The notes under the pieces were generated by a model, which did not search any database, was not told where the DNA came from, and was given only the letters and a program-made list of their open reading frames with translations. Shown piece by piece: positions 48,538-58,694 of a DNA stretch of 64,000 bases. Position 1 is the stretch's first letter, and the number at the start of each line of letters is the position of its first letter. The stretch lies in assembly GCA_030593885.1 (NCBI GenBank), contig JAUVGH010000004.1:13783-77782 (forward strand), in the 5' to 3' direction. This DNA is from Methanomassiliicoccales archaeon (GTDB lineage Archaea > Thermoplasmatota > Thermoplasmata > RBG-16-68-12 > SOIM01). The translations under genes were made by a program, and so were the position numbers.

Positions 48538-48561
48538 TGTTTTCTGGATGGATTTCTGAAT

Positions 48562-49164
48562 ATGAAATCGTTTCGGGGAAATGCTTATGGCTTGATGAAT
48601 CAATCAACCCCGGAGGGAATGACGAACGCTTCAGGGGAGAGGGAAAGCTCTGGATATGGAGCGGAGCAAGCTGGGATGGAACCAGAGAGCGCTGAGGAAA
48701 CATGGTTGAAAAACAACATATTCTACACTACGCGAAGAGCTGGGAGGATAATGTTCGCTGGCCTAATGATATTCTCAGTAGTATTGAGTTCCCTTGCATT
48801 TGTACAAACAGGCAAGCCAGAGGCTCTCCTTGTGCCTCTATTTATGTTTGCAGCATTTGGGCTGTCGTATTGGGGCGTTTTCATGGTTCCTCAGTATGTC
48901 CGAATACGTGAAGATGGTATCCAATTGCGGTACAACCGTTTACATTCGGACAAGATGTTCCAGTGGGAAGGAATCAAGGTCGTTAATGCTCAGAAGATGC
49001 CCCGTGACCTAGTAAGAAAGCCTGAGAGGTTCCTATTGACATTCCTTGACGGAAGGGACAAGAAATTGTCGATTCTTCCCATCCCACTCGCCCCTGACAT
49101 CTTTGAGAGAGTCTACTGGTTCTCAAAGAAAGAGAGACCGAGCATCAGTTGGCGGCTCACGTAG
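48562..49164 (+). CDS. Hypothetical 2-TM protein with a PH-like C-terminal domain (start uncertain)
   Basis: Two TM followed by IREDGI...FQWEGIK.V. Confidence 0.55.
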   Translation: MKSFRGNAYGLMNQSTPEGMTNASGERESSGYGAEQAGMEPESAEETWLKNNIFYTTRRAGRIMFAGLMIFSVVLSSLAFVQTGKPEALLVPLFMFAAFGLSYWGVFMVPQYVRIREDGIQLRYNRLHSDKMFQWEGIKVVNAQKMPRDLVRKPERFLLTFLDGRDKKLSILPIPLAPDIFERVYWFSKKERPSISWRLT

Positions 49165-49174
49165 CAGAACGTCT

Positions 49175-49510
49175 CTACAATCGTTTCTTCCCACCAATTG
49201 TCCCAATTTCGGAAAACTGACTGGTGGAGCGATTGGAAGAATCGGAAATGTCATCCACCGATTGCCCCACCAATAGATCATCATCGAGCCCTAACCTCTC
49301 CTTCTGTAGTTCCCAAGGTATCTCCCAGAATGGGAGTTCGGGAAGAACCTTCAACTTCATAACGCATTTCCTTCTTGGTCGCATGGAAAACAGGCAGAAC
49401 GATCCGAAGAGCCCCTTCTGATGGCACAAACGTGTGATCTGCTCATTAGTGGGAAGCTCACCAAATATCGCCACTTGTCGAATGCCCCTCTGTTTGTAGT
49501 GCATCAGCAC
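49175..49510 (-). CDS. Hypothetical ORF or gene remnant
   Basis: 111-aa ORF without a clear RBS, in an AT-richer patch. Confidence 0.25.
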   Translation of the reverse strand: MLMHYKQRGIRQVAIFGELPTNEQITRLCHQKGLFGSFCLFSMRPRRKCVMKLKVLPELPFWEIPWELQKERLGLDDDLLVGQSVDDISDSSNRSTSQFSEIGTIGGKKRL

Positions 49511-49610
49511 GTACTTCTGCTCCTCAGCTGATAAGTCTGGTGAATGTGGCGCTATGGGCCAGGAAGAAGTGTTTCCTCAACAGATCAGAGGTCGATATCT
49601 CCCGGACCGA

Positions 49611-49904
49611 CTAGCCAAAAAGTAGGCCCATTCCCCCTTCCGCCTCTGCTTCCTTATCCTTGATATTCTTGAAGATGGACTCCGCATCTTTACCTTCCAG
49701 CTTGTCCCCGACTTCCTTGAAGAGCTCGTCCGCCTTCTCCAGAGCTTCCTCGCTCCCCTCTATGAGAACATACGTCTCCTTGCCCTTCATCGAGAGCGCT
49801 GCAGCGTCTCGCATCGTGATGCTCTGTCGGCTTACCAGGTCGTCCTTCAGCAGTTGATCGATCTTCCCCTTGTTCTCGACCGGGACCTTGAAGATTGCGT
49901 GCAT
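49611..49904 (-). CDS. Conserved-looking archaeal hypothetical protein
   Basis: GAGGAG RBS; DDLVSRQSI, YVLIEGSEEAL, GMGLLFG C-terminus. Confidence 0.75.
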   Translation of the reverse strand: MHAIFKVPVENKGKIDQLLKDDLVSRQSITMRDAAALSMKGKETYVLIEGSEEALEKADELFKEVGDKLEGKDAESIFKNIKDKEAEAEGGMGLLFG

Positions 49905-49987
49905 TAGATCTCCTCTCCCGTTCAATGCCATATTCGGATATAAATATACCTTTCAACTTAAATACTGACTAAGATATCGGTTTCCAG

Positions 49988-50512
49988 ATGAAGGGTCAGG
50001 GGCTCATTCACGTTTACACTGGCGATGGGAAAGGAAAGACCACTGCCGCGCTTGGCTTGGCCCTGAGGGCTTCAGGTCACGGGCTGAAGGTCTACATCAT
50101 CCAATTCATGAAGGGCAGGATAGACTACGGTGAGCTCAAGGCCTGCAAGGACAATCCCAACATTACCATTGAGCAGTTCGGAAGACCCCAGTTCGTGGAC
50201 AGGGACAACCCCGAGCCAGAGGATTTGGATTTTGCGAAGCAGGGCATGGAGAGAGCGAAGGAGGTCCTTGCCAGCGGGGAGTATCACATCGTAGTACTGG
50301 ACGAGATCAATGTGGCCCTGGACTTCAATCTGATAGAGCTGGACGATGTACTGAACCTCATTGAGAAAAAGCCTGCCGAGGTGGAGCTCATCCTGACCGG
50401 ACGGAATGCCCACCCTGAGATTTCCAAGGTCGCCAACTATGTCACCGAAATGCTCCCCAAAAAGCACCCCTACGATCAGGGCCAGCCCGGCAGAAAGGGC
50501 ATCGAGTTCTAG
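49988..50512 (+). CDS. cobO: ATP:corrinoid adenosyltransferase (CobA/CobO/BtuR)
   Basis: YTGDGKGKTTAALG, QFMKG, VLDEINVA, LTGR, KHPY, GIEF. Confidence 0.95.
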   Translation: MKGQGLIHVYTGDGKGKTTAALGLALRASGHGLKVYIIQFMKGRIDYGELKACKDNPNITIEQFGRPQFVDRDNPEPEDLDFAKQGMERAKEVLASGEYHIVVLDEINVALDFNLIELDDVLNLIEKKPAEVELILTGRNAHPEISKVANYVTEMLPKKHPYDQGQPGRKGIEF

Positions 50513-50673
50513 TACCGCGGACGGGTCATGGGCATTATGAACAGAACTATCGCCATGACAATCATCCCTATCCCGATGAACCTGTTGAGAGTGAAGATGT
50601 AAAGACCGATGATACCTATGATGCTGGCGATGATGTAAAGGACCAACATCAACCTCGATATCTTCCCCGCCAT
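50509..50673 (-). CDS. 54-aa two-TM membrane protein (absent from the ORF track)
   Basis: MAGKISRLMLVLYIIASIIGIIGLYIFTLNRFIGIGMIVMAIVLFIMPMTRPRY; AGGAG RBS; stop shares CTAG with cobO. Confidence 0.65.
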   Translation of the reverse strand: MAGKISRLMLVLYIIASIIGIIGLYIFTLNRFIGIGMIVMAIVLFIMPMTRPRY

Positions 50674-50713
50674 TGCTCCTGAGAACAATATATCTCTATA
50701 AAGAAATGTCGAA

Positions 50714-51862
50714 CTACTTCGCCCTGACCCTGCTTGAGAAGATCAGCAGTTTTATCTCTGGATTAGTGAACCTGGACCTTCTTTTCAGCTCTTCTGAGTC
50801 CCCGTCCCTGATCAACTTCAGGTACAGGGGGCACCCCTTGGTCAACAGGTAGATCCTGTGGAAAGCTTCCTCGTCTATCAACTCGTTCTCCAGCAAGAGC
50901 TTGCTGGTCTTTTCATCCAGACCCTTCAGGTGCATCTCCCTCGCCAAGTCTTTCTCCAGGTCCGCCTTGGTGTGGAACCTGCAGTATGAAGGGGTGGCTT
51001 CCCTGGCCAGCACGAGTATCTTGGAGTCCTTCAGCGATTTGGCTTCTTTGGTGAGATGGGACAACAGGTCCACAATGTCCTCACCCACGTGGAAGTAATT
51101 GTCAAAAACGTAGACAGCTCTTATCGAGGCCATCTCCTCGGGCAGACAGGAGATGAGGCTGCCAATATCACCCTCCTCGAAGAGCTCCGAAGCCTTCTTT
51201 CGTCTCCTTCTTGCCAAGAACTCGGAAATGTCCTTGAATATCTCGAACGTGGAATCGTCATCTGACAGTTCCTTCCAGAACACGTCATACTTCCTCAGAC
51301 CCCTGGCGAATCTTTTTGCCAACTGGGTCTTGCCGAAACCCTCAGGGGAGTAGATGACCAGTATGTTGACGTCTCCGTTGAGCCAGTTCTTCATCTCAGA
51401 GAGCTCGGACTTCCTGTCCAGGAACTCCATCTCCTCGGCCTCTTCCTCTTCGGGGATCTCCAGCACGTTCTCCGGGGACAGGTTGCGGACGATCTCCAAT
51501 GTGGTCAAGTCGAAGGCCATTCTGGCTTCCTTGATGGTCATCTGGGTCTCTTCAACCCCTCTGATGATTATCGTATCCTTCCCCAGTTCGTCCGAGATCT
51601 CACGACCGATCCTCATCCCGGAATCGGTCAGCGCATAGGTCTTCACCTTTCTGGTCCTGCCCGGGAGCCGGGTGGAGGTTTCCTCCACATTCCCCTCATG
51701 GACCAGTCCCTTGACGGCCCTGGGTACGTGGCTTCTCCTCATGTCCACACCCTCCGCTATACCCTCTTGGGTCGAAGCCCTGCTGAGGTGTTCCCTGCTG
51801 CTCCTGGAATCCCTCAGATGGAGGAGGATCTTCTCCTTCACCGTCAGACCCTCTCCTATCAT
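50714..51862 (-). CDS. wHTH plus P-loop (STAND-like) ATPase regulator
   Basis: TQEGIA...RSHVPR...Y.LT..G wHTH; FLDRKSEL, SPEGFGKT, VFDNY, TKGCPLYL. Confidence 0.75.
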   Translation of the reverse strand: MIGEGLTVKEKILLHLRDSRSSREHLSRASTQEGIAEGVDMRRSHVPRAVKGLVHEGNVEETSTRLPGRTRKVKTYALTDSGMRIGREISDELGKDTIIIRGVEETQMTIKEARMAFDLTTLEIVRNLSPENVLEIPEEEEAEEMEFLDRKSELSEMKNWLNGDVNILVIYSPEGFGKTQLAKRFARGLRKYDVFWKELSDDDSTFEIFKDISEFLARRRRKKASELFEEGDIGSLISCLPEEMASIRAVYVFDNYFHVGEDIVDLLSHLTKEAKSLKDSKILVLAREATPSYCRFHTKADLEKDLAREMHLKGLDEKTSKLLLENELIDEEAFHRIYLLTKGCPLYLKLIRDGDSEELKRRSRFTNPEIKLLIFSSRVRAK

Positions 51863-52083
51863 ATGGCGCACAATCAGACGCTCGTTATATAACGATGACG
51901 GTTTTCTCACTTCGATTCGATCTCGCATTCGAACCACCTTACATGATAGTATAAGGGACCCCGGAAGGTGTTCCAGTTCTTGATAATCACGAGGCTAGTC
52001 TTGGTATGTTTCTGGTAAGTACCACGTAACCCTTATATACCGTCCATCTCACTTGACTGCCTAGAATTGTCGGAGAGATCGAA

Positions 52084-55000
52084 ATGAAGAGGCGTAGCAT
52101 TAAGAAGAAGGAATGTTGGGACGAGAAGGGTGTTTCTGAGGTCATAGGTACGATTCTGATACTGGCCATAACTGTCGTCCTGTTTTCGGTCATCATCGTA
52201 TGGGTGGGTAGCTTCCCTACTCCTGAGGCCTCAGTGAGGCTGACCATGCGTGGCGAACTGGAACCCATCGTTAACGCTGGGGTCTGGGGCGGCGCGAAGA
52301 TATACATCACGCATGAGAGAGGAGAAGAACTTCAGGGATTCATGACCAACGTCATTATCGCGGTCTCTCATCAAGGCGGAGGTTACGGGGAGGACCGTTT
52401 GGAACTTCAAGGCACCCAGGCTGGGATGCCGTACGGTCTCGCGAACGATGACACCTGGAACACCGGCGAGACCTGGTCGTACACCAACTACTCCATTGCG
52501 GCCAGCGACAACATCGAAGTTTACATAATCGACACGGAGGTGGGGCAGGTTCTGTGGAGCTCCAACCTTCTGGGAAGAGAAGCGGACCACTTTCCCATCT
52601 TCGTCGAAAAATGGACAGATGCATGGCCACAGACCATCTTCACTAGGGATATATTGCAGGACGATGATCTGACATTCGCCGTGTATGCGAGGATCGAGGA
52701 CAACGACGGTGACCTTGATCCGGCGAAGGTTCATCTATTGCTTACCTGGCTTGAGATAGAGACCCGGCTTTTTGACAACGGATTGCACGGGGATCGGGTC
52801 GCGAGCGATGGTATATTCTCCTACGATTTCGACAACTACTTCACGGACACTGGTTTCAAATTCCCTGGCGTCGACCTCAACTGGGACGGAGGGATATTGC
52901 TGTTCAATGCAACTGACGACCAGAATCTTACTACCCAGTCGAGGATGAACTTGATTGTGGTTCTTTCCGAACAGACCAAGCAGGACCTGAACATACAGCA
53001 GAACCTGACACTGCCCCCAGGCGGTCCGGGGAACCTGAGCTTCGGCAACAGGCTCCAGAGGTTCGACATCTTCAATTTCACCGACTGGCAGACACTGAGA
53101 TGGCAGTCCAACTCCACAAGGCAGTTCGTGAAGGGTGAGATCGCCGTGGTTCTCGTGGCTTCAAAGACGCTCGAGGCGAACGACGAGGAGAACTCATTCA
53201 TGGTCTACAACAGCGGGGGTGATCCAGAGGTGTTCTGCGGTGCTATTCCGGGTCCGGCTACCACACCGTCCTCCACTGACGCGTTCATATTCTTAGATGC
53301 CGTGGGTAAATGGACGGTGTTCATGTACATGTTCAATACGTCAAGTGAGGCCATTGGCTGCGGTGATGGCAAGTTAGACTACGGGAGGTACCCGATCGAG
53401 GTCACGATTAGGGACACCTATGGCAACAGGTTCCACACCGTTGACAGGATCAACATCACTGACGAGGACGGGAACATTCCCGATTATCCAGACATGCTGA
53501 TATACTGCGATTCCGGCCACTTGGTTCCATGCCAAGAGTTCAATTTCACCGACACGGTTTATGTGAAGATAATTGTGAATACAGCTCAAACGGACATGGG
53601 TGGTGTCGACATCGGTGACGTGATCATCGAAGATTATGTGGGCGGAAAGCAAGTGTGGGCTCCCCCTGGAGTCAGCCCGGTCAGCGACGCCGAGTACAAC
53701 AACACCGTGAGCTACAAGTTCACGATCGATCTGTCAAAACCAAATGTCGATCCATGGCTCCAGGGCGACAACTATTACGGCTTCTGGGTGCGTAGTTTGG
53801 TTGACGACGATGAAGAGTACATCTTAGCCTTATCCATGCAGATCAAGGTTAATGGTCCTCGGTGGAATCTGGACATTGTGACACCGGTGCAGGAGTTCGC
53901 TCATCCCACTCATGACATCCAGTACTACGCGTTCTTCTATGACAACGTCGCTCCAATGTTCCCAAGAGAGTCCATCGAAGAGTTCGAACCCTTCCCGAGC
54001 CAGCAGGATCCGCCTTGGGGCGAGGGCGCCTTCTTGTCGATTGCCATGATCGATATCGACCTGGATCAAGACCTCGATGTTGTTATCGGGATTGAGGCCG
54101 GTTATGTCTTCTGGTACAGGAACATTGGTGGTGACGGCGAGTTCTGGCTCAGATACGATATCGACTTCCTTGATTCGGAGGTCAATGCAGTCGGTGCCGC
54201 TGATCTGGATGACGATAGGGACGCTGACATAGTTGCAGGTGCCGAGAACGGGCAGATATGGTGGTACAAGAACGGAGCGGCCTGGTCTCCGACCTTGGTG
54301 GATAGTGTTGGAGCTGCAGTGAACTCAATCAAACTGGCGGACGTTGTTGGTGACGAGCTGCCTGATATCGTGGTCGCTTGTGATGACAACAAGGTAAGGG
54401 TCTACAAGAACGACAATGGAACCTTCGGATCGACCACTTCGAATCCCTACTACACACTCAGTGAGACGACAAATGTCGGGACCATTGTCTCCGGCGCTCA
54501 TGGCCAGACACACAGTTCAGATAACGTCTACGAACAACTCAGGGAAGGAACGGGTGATGCTTACACCACAACAATATACAATGCAACCGCCGATGACAAG
54601 CCATTCTACGGATCGGTTAGCGGGACATACCTGAACACTCACACAGACGACGGAACCTATGAGATTCTCACAGAGGGAACGGAACCACAAGGTGGTGACA
54701 AGTACATCTACAGGAACACCTCAGCAGGCGTGAACACGGGACACTTCTACATCATGGGCGACCTCAACGTGCAGGCAGGAGACTCGGTTGACCTGATCAT
54801 CTCCGGCTTCATAGTTCCTGACAGCGGTGCAAGTACCGAACCATGGGCGATCGGCTTCTATGACACGGCCTTCCATTGGCCAGCGGGTTGGACATTTGCT
54901 TCAACAATTGAAACAAAGGTGACCCTCGACCTAGCCGGCGCGGGATTCACTGGAGGACCGCTTGCCATAGTCATCAGGGACACGGACAACTCCAAGAATC

Positions 55001-55965
55001 CCTCAGCCGATGCGAACACTGACGGTACGATAACCTCCTTCAAGATCGATTTCCTTCGGGTCGAGGTCAGACATCAGGCCGGTCAGACGAGCGTCCTCGA
55101 CCATGTCTGGACATTTGATTCGCCCGCGGGTGGCGGAGATGCATACAAGTTCTTCGTGGAAGCGTATCGCCCCACAAACTCCGAAGGTGACAACTTCAAG
55201 TTCCAGTACTCTCTGAATGCTGCTGGTCCTTGGTCGGATCTGCTCACGGTGTCAAAGGCCGTCGACGATGATAAGACGCAGTCCGCCACGATGCCGACGA
55301 GCGTAGGAGGCAACACAATATACATCCGTGTCATTGACACAGACGGGACGATTAACAACCTTCAGAACGACTCGATCTACGTGGACTACATGAGGATAGA
55401 CAGGATAGTGGTCGTCTTCCAGGGTGACGATAGAACCGAGATAAATGTCGGAAGCGCTGTCAACGACGTTGCTGTTGGTGACATGGATGAGGACGATGTG
55501 AACGATATCGTGTGTTCATTCGCAGTCAGTCCGTACGTCAGGGTGTACTACGGAGGCGGTTGGACGGTCTCAGACAGTCTGACCGCAACCGCCAATACCC
55601 TCGCGGTCGACATCGGATACTTCGATGGTGACGACTACCTGGATGTGGTCGCCGGTACAACCGACAACAAGGTGTTCATCTGGATCAACGGACAGGCCAG
55701 GGATGCATGGACCCGATCAAATATCGCCAACACAGCAGGTGACATCTACTCAATTAGAGCCGGTGACATCGATGGCGACCGTTGGGATGACATCGTGTAT
55801 GGAACAGACCTACAGGAGCTCGTGTATCTCAGGCACGTCAAGGGCGCATACTGGGAGAGCAATGACGTTAACATCGACCCGGAGCTCGTCACAACATTCT
55901 TCGACATAGACATCGGTGACGCCAACAGGGGCATCATACTGGACCCGGTGAGGGCAGACAAATAA
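52084..55965 (+). CDS. Giant archaeal type IV pilin-like adhesin with FG-GAP repeats
   Basis: Class III signal KG|VSEVIGTILILAITVVLFS; FDNGLHGD..SDGIFS motif; six DxDxDxxxD FG-GAP-like repeats plus a partial seventh. Confidence 0.85.
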   Translation: MKRRSIKKKECWDEKGVSEVIGTILILAITVVLFSVIIVWVGSFPTPEASVRLTMRGELEPIVNAGVWGGAKIYITHERGEELQGFMTNVIIAVSHQGGGYGEDRLELQGTQAGMPYGLANDDTWNTGETWSYTNYSIAASDNIEVYIIDTEVGQVLWSSNLLGREADHFPIFVEKWTDAWPQTIFTRDILQDDDLTFAVYARIEDNDGDLDPAKVHLLLTWLEIETRLFDNGLHGDRVASDGIFSYDFDNYFTDTGFKFPGVDLNWDGGILLFNATDDQNLTTQSRMNLIVVLSEQTKQDLNIQQNLTLPPGGPGNLSFGNRLQRFDIFNFTDWQTLRWQSNSTRQFVKGEIAVVLVASKTLEANDEENSFMVYNSGGDPEVFCGAIPGPATTPSSTDAFIFLDAVGKWTVFMYMFNTSSEAIGCGDGKLDYGRYPIEVTIRDTYGNRFHTVDRINITDEDGNIPDYPDMLIYCDSGHLVPCQEFNFTDTVYVKIIVNTAQTDMGGVDIGDVIIEDYVGGKQVWAPPGVSPVSDAEYNNTVSYKFTIDLSKPNVDPWLQGDNYYGFWVRSLVDDDEEYILALSMQIKVNGPRWNLDIVTPVQEFAHPTHDIQYYAFFYDNVAPMFPRESIEEFEPFPSQQDPPWGEGAFLSIAMIDIDLDQDLDVVIGIEAGYVFWYRNIGGDGEFWLRYDIDFLDSEVNAVGAADLDDDRDADIVAGAENGQIWWYKNGAAWSPTLVDSVGAAVNSIKLADVVGDELPDIVVACDDNKVRVYKNDNGTFGSTTSNPYYTLSETTNVGTIVSGAHGQTHSSDNVYEQLREGTGDAYTTTIYNATADDKPFYGSVSGTYLNTHTDDGTYEILTEGTEPQGGDKYIYRNTSAGVNTGHFYIMGDLNVQAGDSVDLIISGFIVPDSGASTEPWAIGFYDTAFHWPAGWTFASTIETKVTLDLAGAGFTGGPLAIVIRDTDNSKNPSADANTDGTITSFKIDFLRVEVRHQAGQTSVLDHVWTFDSPAGGGDAYKFFVEAYRPTNSEGDNFKFQYSLNAAGPWSDLLTVSKAVDDDKTQSATMPTSVGGNTIYIRVIDTDGTINNLQNDSIYVDYMRIDRIVVVFQGDDRTEINVGSAVNDVAVGDMDEDDVNDIVCSFAVSPYVRVYYGGGWTVSDSLTATANTLAVDIGYFDGDDYLDVVAGTTDNKVFIWINGQARDAWTRSNIANTAGDIYSIRAGDIDGDRWDDIVYGTDLQELVYLRHVKGAYWESNDVNIDPELVTTFFDIDIGDANRGIILDPVRADK

Positions 55966-55974
55966 TCTGTCCTT

Positions 55975-56595
55975 CTACCCTCTTTTCTTTTTCAGTTCGG
56001 CCAGGACACCCTCCGACCTTTCCAGTTCAATAATGGCCAGGATCTTGTTCTTCTTCTTGGCCAGCATCCAGATCTTGTGGACCATGACCTTCTCCCTCTC
56101 CTTCTCGAGATCCCTGTGGCCTTGGGTCTTGTTAACAATCGAATCGAACTTCAGCACGAACTCCTCCGGAGTGGAAGCGTTCACCGCCTTGGTACGGAGC
56201 CTTTTCTTGGACCAAGAGTCGCGCATCATCTCCATGGTGGACACGAAATGGCAGTACGCGTCGGTGTACTCGTCTTCGGTCATGTCTGCCCCGACGCACT
56301 CCACACCGTTCTTCATGCAATGTTTGACGGCCACCACGAAGCATGGAGGTGGTTTCTTCACCTCCCCGAACTCGCTCAGGTTCCTCACGTAGAACTCCTC
56401 TTCGAAGGTCTCAAGGTCGGCCTCGTCCTTTGCCATCCTCTTCAGGGTCCGGACCTCCTCTTTGGATATGGACAGAGCAACGGAACTGGGCGTCCAATAG
56501 TCAATAGTCTCTCTGACCTTTCCTCCTTCAGAAACAAGCCCTCTAATCACTGGTAGAATAGCAATCTTAGAACCGCCAAGATCAACGACTTCCAT
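55975..56595 (-). CDS. Hypothetical protein (possibly TraB/GumN-like)
   Basis: Lies immediately downstream of the regulator gene; P..VAL, G.DM, ERE..M and LAIIE..R pattern. Confidence 0.65.
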   Translation of the reverse strand: MEVVDLGGSKIAILPVIRGLVSEGGKVRETIDYWTPSSVALSISKEEVRTLKRMAKDEADLETFEEEFYVRNLSEFGEVKKPPPCFVVAVKHCMKNGVECVGADMTEDEYTDAYCHFVSTMEMMRDSWSKKRLRTKAVNASTPEEFVLKFDSIVNKTQGHRDLEKEREKVMVHKIWMLAKKKNKILAIIELERSEGVLAELKKKRG

Positions 56596-56596
56596 G

Positions 56597-57538
56597 TCAT
56601 TTCTTCCTTTCCGCGATGAGCTCCAGTATCTTATCCCTGTCCTTCACCTTCTTCAGTTCCTTGCTGCCTATGATGGGTGTACCGGCGATATTGAGCTTCA
56701 CCCTTATCTCATCCACGAAGATCACAGAATCCTTCTCCACCACCTTGGATATGTTTGCGACTATGGCGGCCTTCCTCTTCAGGGGCTTCGCCACCTTTTC
56801 CAGTCCCGTGAGCAGAACCGTTCTCCTGTCCTTGGTAAAGACATCGAATGGGCATCTGGTGGCTGGTACCAGACTGTATCCCAGCATTCCCAGGTGGTCA
56901 AGCACGTCCTTCTTGAACCCGTCGTACGTTTCCAGCCCCGGAACCGGTCCTTCCGAGGGTTCAGTATAGCTGAAGGGATCGATCGTCATCACCAGCGGCT
57001 GCCCCAGGAACTCCTCTATGCGCATTGCGACATCAATGGTGGCGCCCATACCTTCTTCGTACATCTGGATGGTCCTTCTTGAGACCCCAGCGATCTCCGC
57101 CAGTCCACCGAGCGATATCCTCTTCTTGTCCCTGATCGCCCTAATGAGCTCTCCGTCCATTCGCACGTACAGACCGCCCGGAGCAGAGAAGACAAACGGT
57201 GGAACGCCCTCTAAGAAGAACTCGGTCAACGTCCCGGGGGTCAGTATGCCCACGCTGAACCTGGAGTACATGACGCCGTTCTCCAACTTCCCGGCACCTG
57301 TCCTGACTCCCACAAGCAGCGCCGAGGCCCCAAGCGTGTCGGCTATCATCCTCAGCTGGACAGCGTTTTTCTGGTTGAACGAATCAACGTTGGTAAGGAT
57401 CTTGACAATGAGGAGAACATCATCTCTTCTCGCGACTATGTCGAAGCAGATCAACCTCGTATCGTAGTTGTCCGAGAGGTAGAATCCCGACTTCCCAAGA
57501 ACCGTCCGAACCTCCTCTATCAACTGCTGGCGGTTCAT
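56597..57538 (-). CDS. Archaeal Cro/C1 HTH transcriptional regulator with an N-terminal nuclease-like fold
   Basis: CFDIVARR, KILTNVD, APGGLYV, SLGGLAEIAGVSRRTIQMYEEG, PFD. Confidence 0.88.
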   Translation of the reverse strand: MNRQQLIEEVRTVLGKSGFYLSDNYDTRLICFDIVARRDDVLLIVKILTNVDSFNQKNAVQLRMIADTLGASALLVGVRTGAGKLENGVMYSRFSVGILTPGTLTEFFLEGVPPFVFSAPGGLYVRMDGELIRAIRDKKRISLGGLAEIAGVSRRTIQMYEEGMGATIDVAMRIEEFLGQPLVMTIDPFSYTEPSEGPVPGLETYDGFKKDVLDHLGMLGYSLVPATRCPFDVFTKDRRTVLLTGLEKVAKPLKRKAAIVANISKVVEKDSVIFVDEIRVKLNIAGTPIIGSKELKKVKDRDKILELIAERKK

Positions 57539-57638
57539 ATCGTTTGATATGTTTGGGTTTCTATTTAAAACTGATGACATCGCAACCTGGCCTGGCGACC
57601 ACACTCTTAAAATATCCCCACCGGTTTGTTCGATGGAC

Positions 57639-58694
57639 ATGGCGGAAGCTGAACTTCGCGAAGAGAAGATGATCATCAAGGACGAGGCCGAGGCGAGCCA
57701 AATCCACAACAAGGGGTACTTCGGCACACCCCTCTCGGGTGGAGCGCTGGAGCTGGAGCTGATCGAAGGGATATTCCTTTCCGAATCTGGCAAGGTGGAC
57801 GTGAGGAGAAAGGGCAAGAAGATGGCATTCCCGGAACTGCTGAAGGCGGCGAACCGTATCTACCCCAATTTCGAGATCAAGTACCTGGTCTACCGCGACC
57901 TCAGGCTCAGAGGGTACGTTGTCAAGTCGTGCTTGGCCCCGCTGGATTTCAGGGTCTTTCCGCGTGGAGGCAGCCCCAATAAAACACCATCCAAGTACTG
58001 GGTATCCGCACTCTCGGAGAGGTCCGTGTTCGACCTGAAGGCTCTCAGAATGCACCTGGCCAAGGTGTTGGTCGTCAAGAAGAAACTGCTGATAGCCGTC
58101 GTGGACGAGGAGAGCGACCTCACATATTACGAAGCAAGAACGGTCAAGCCGAAGGGCCAGATCAAGAAGAAGGGGAAGAAGATGCTGGCACACGCGATGT
58201 TCCTGGAGGACAGGGTCATGGTGGCCGACAAGAGCGAGGCCCTCAAGCTGCACGAGTCTGGATTCTACGGTAAGATGATCGGCAGTCGGCTCCAGCTGTC
58301 CCTGATCGAGACCGCATATCTCATGGAAAAGGGGATCATAGAGGTGAAGAACGCCAACACTGGCAGGAAGATCGGCCTGGACTCGTTCACGAAGAAGGCC
58401 AGGAAGATTCAACCCGATTTCAGCTTGAGGCTCAAGGTGTTCAAGGACCTGGAGGAAAGGGGATTGATTGTCAAGACCGGGTTCAAGTACGGGTCGCATT
58501 TCAGGGCGTACACCAACGCACCCGACAAGACTCACGCCAAGTATCTGGTTCACTCGTTCTCATCCGATCACATGGGCATGTGGCCCGAGGTCAGCAGGGC
58601 GGTCAGGGTATCGCACGGCGTGAAAAAGGATATCCTGTTCGGTATGGCGGGGAATAAAATAGAATATGTCGCTCTCCGGAGAGTACGACCTTAG
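57639..58694 (+). CDS. endA: tRNA-splicing endonuclease, two-unit (homodimeric) type
   Basis: Duplicated unit; catalytic C-terminal unit [13 protein letters not shown]...HAKY...RVSHGVKK. Confidence 0.93.
   Translation: MAEAELREEKMIIKDEAEASQIHNKGYFGTPLSGGALELELIEGIFLSESGKVDVRRKGKKMAFPELLKAANRIYPNFEIKYLVYRDLRLRGYVVKSCLAPLDFRVFPRGGSPNKTPSKYWVSALSERSVFDLKALRMHLAKVLVVKKKLLIAVVDEESDLTYYEARTVKPKGQIKKKGKKMLAHAMFLEDRVMVADKSEALKLHESGFYGKMIGSRLQLSLIETAYLMEKGIIEVKNANTGRKIGLDSFTKKARKIQPDFSLRLKVFKDLEERGLIVKTGFKYGSHFRAYTNAPDKTHAKYLVHSFSSDHMGMWPEVSRAVRVSHGVKKDILFGMAGNKIEYVALRRVRP

Noticed and set aside
49980-50002. ORB-like TTTCCAGATGAAG...GGGG
   Set aside because: Single copy overlapping the cobO start codon and far from cdc6.
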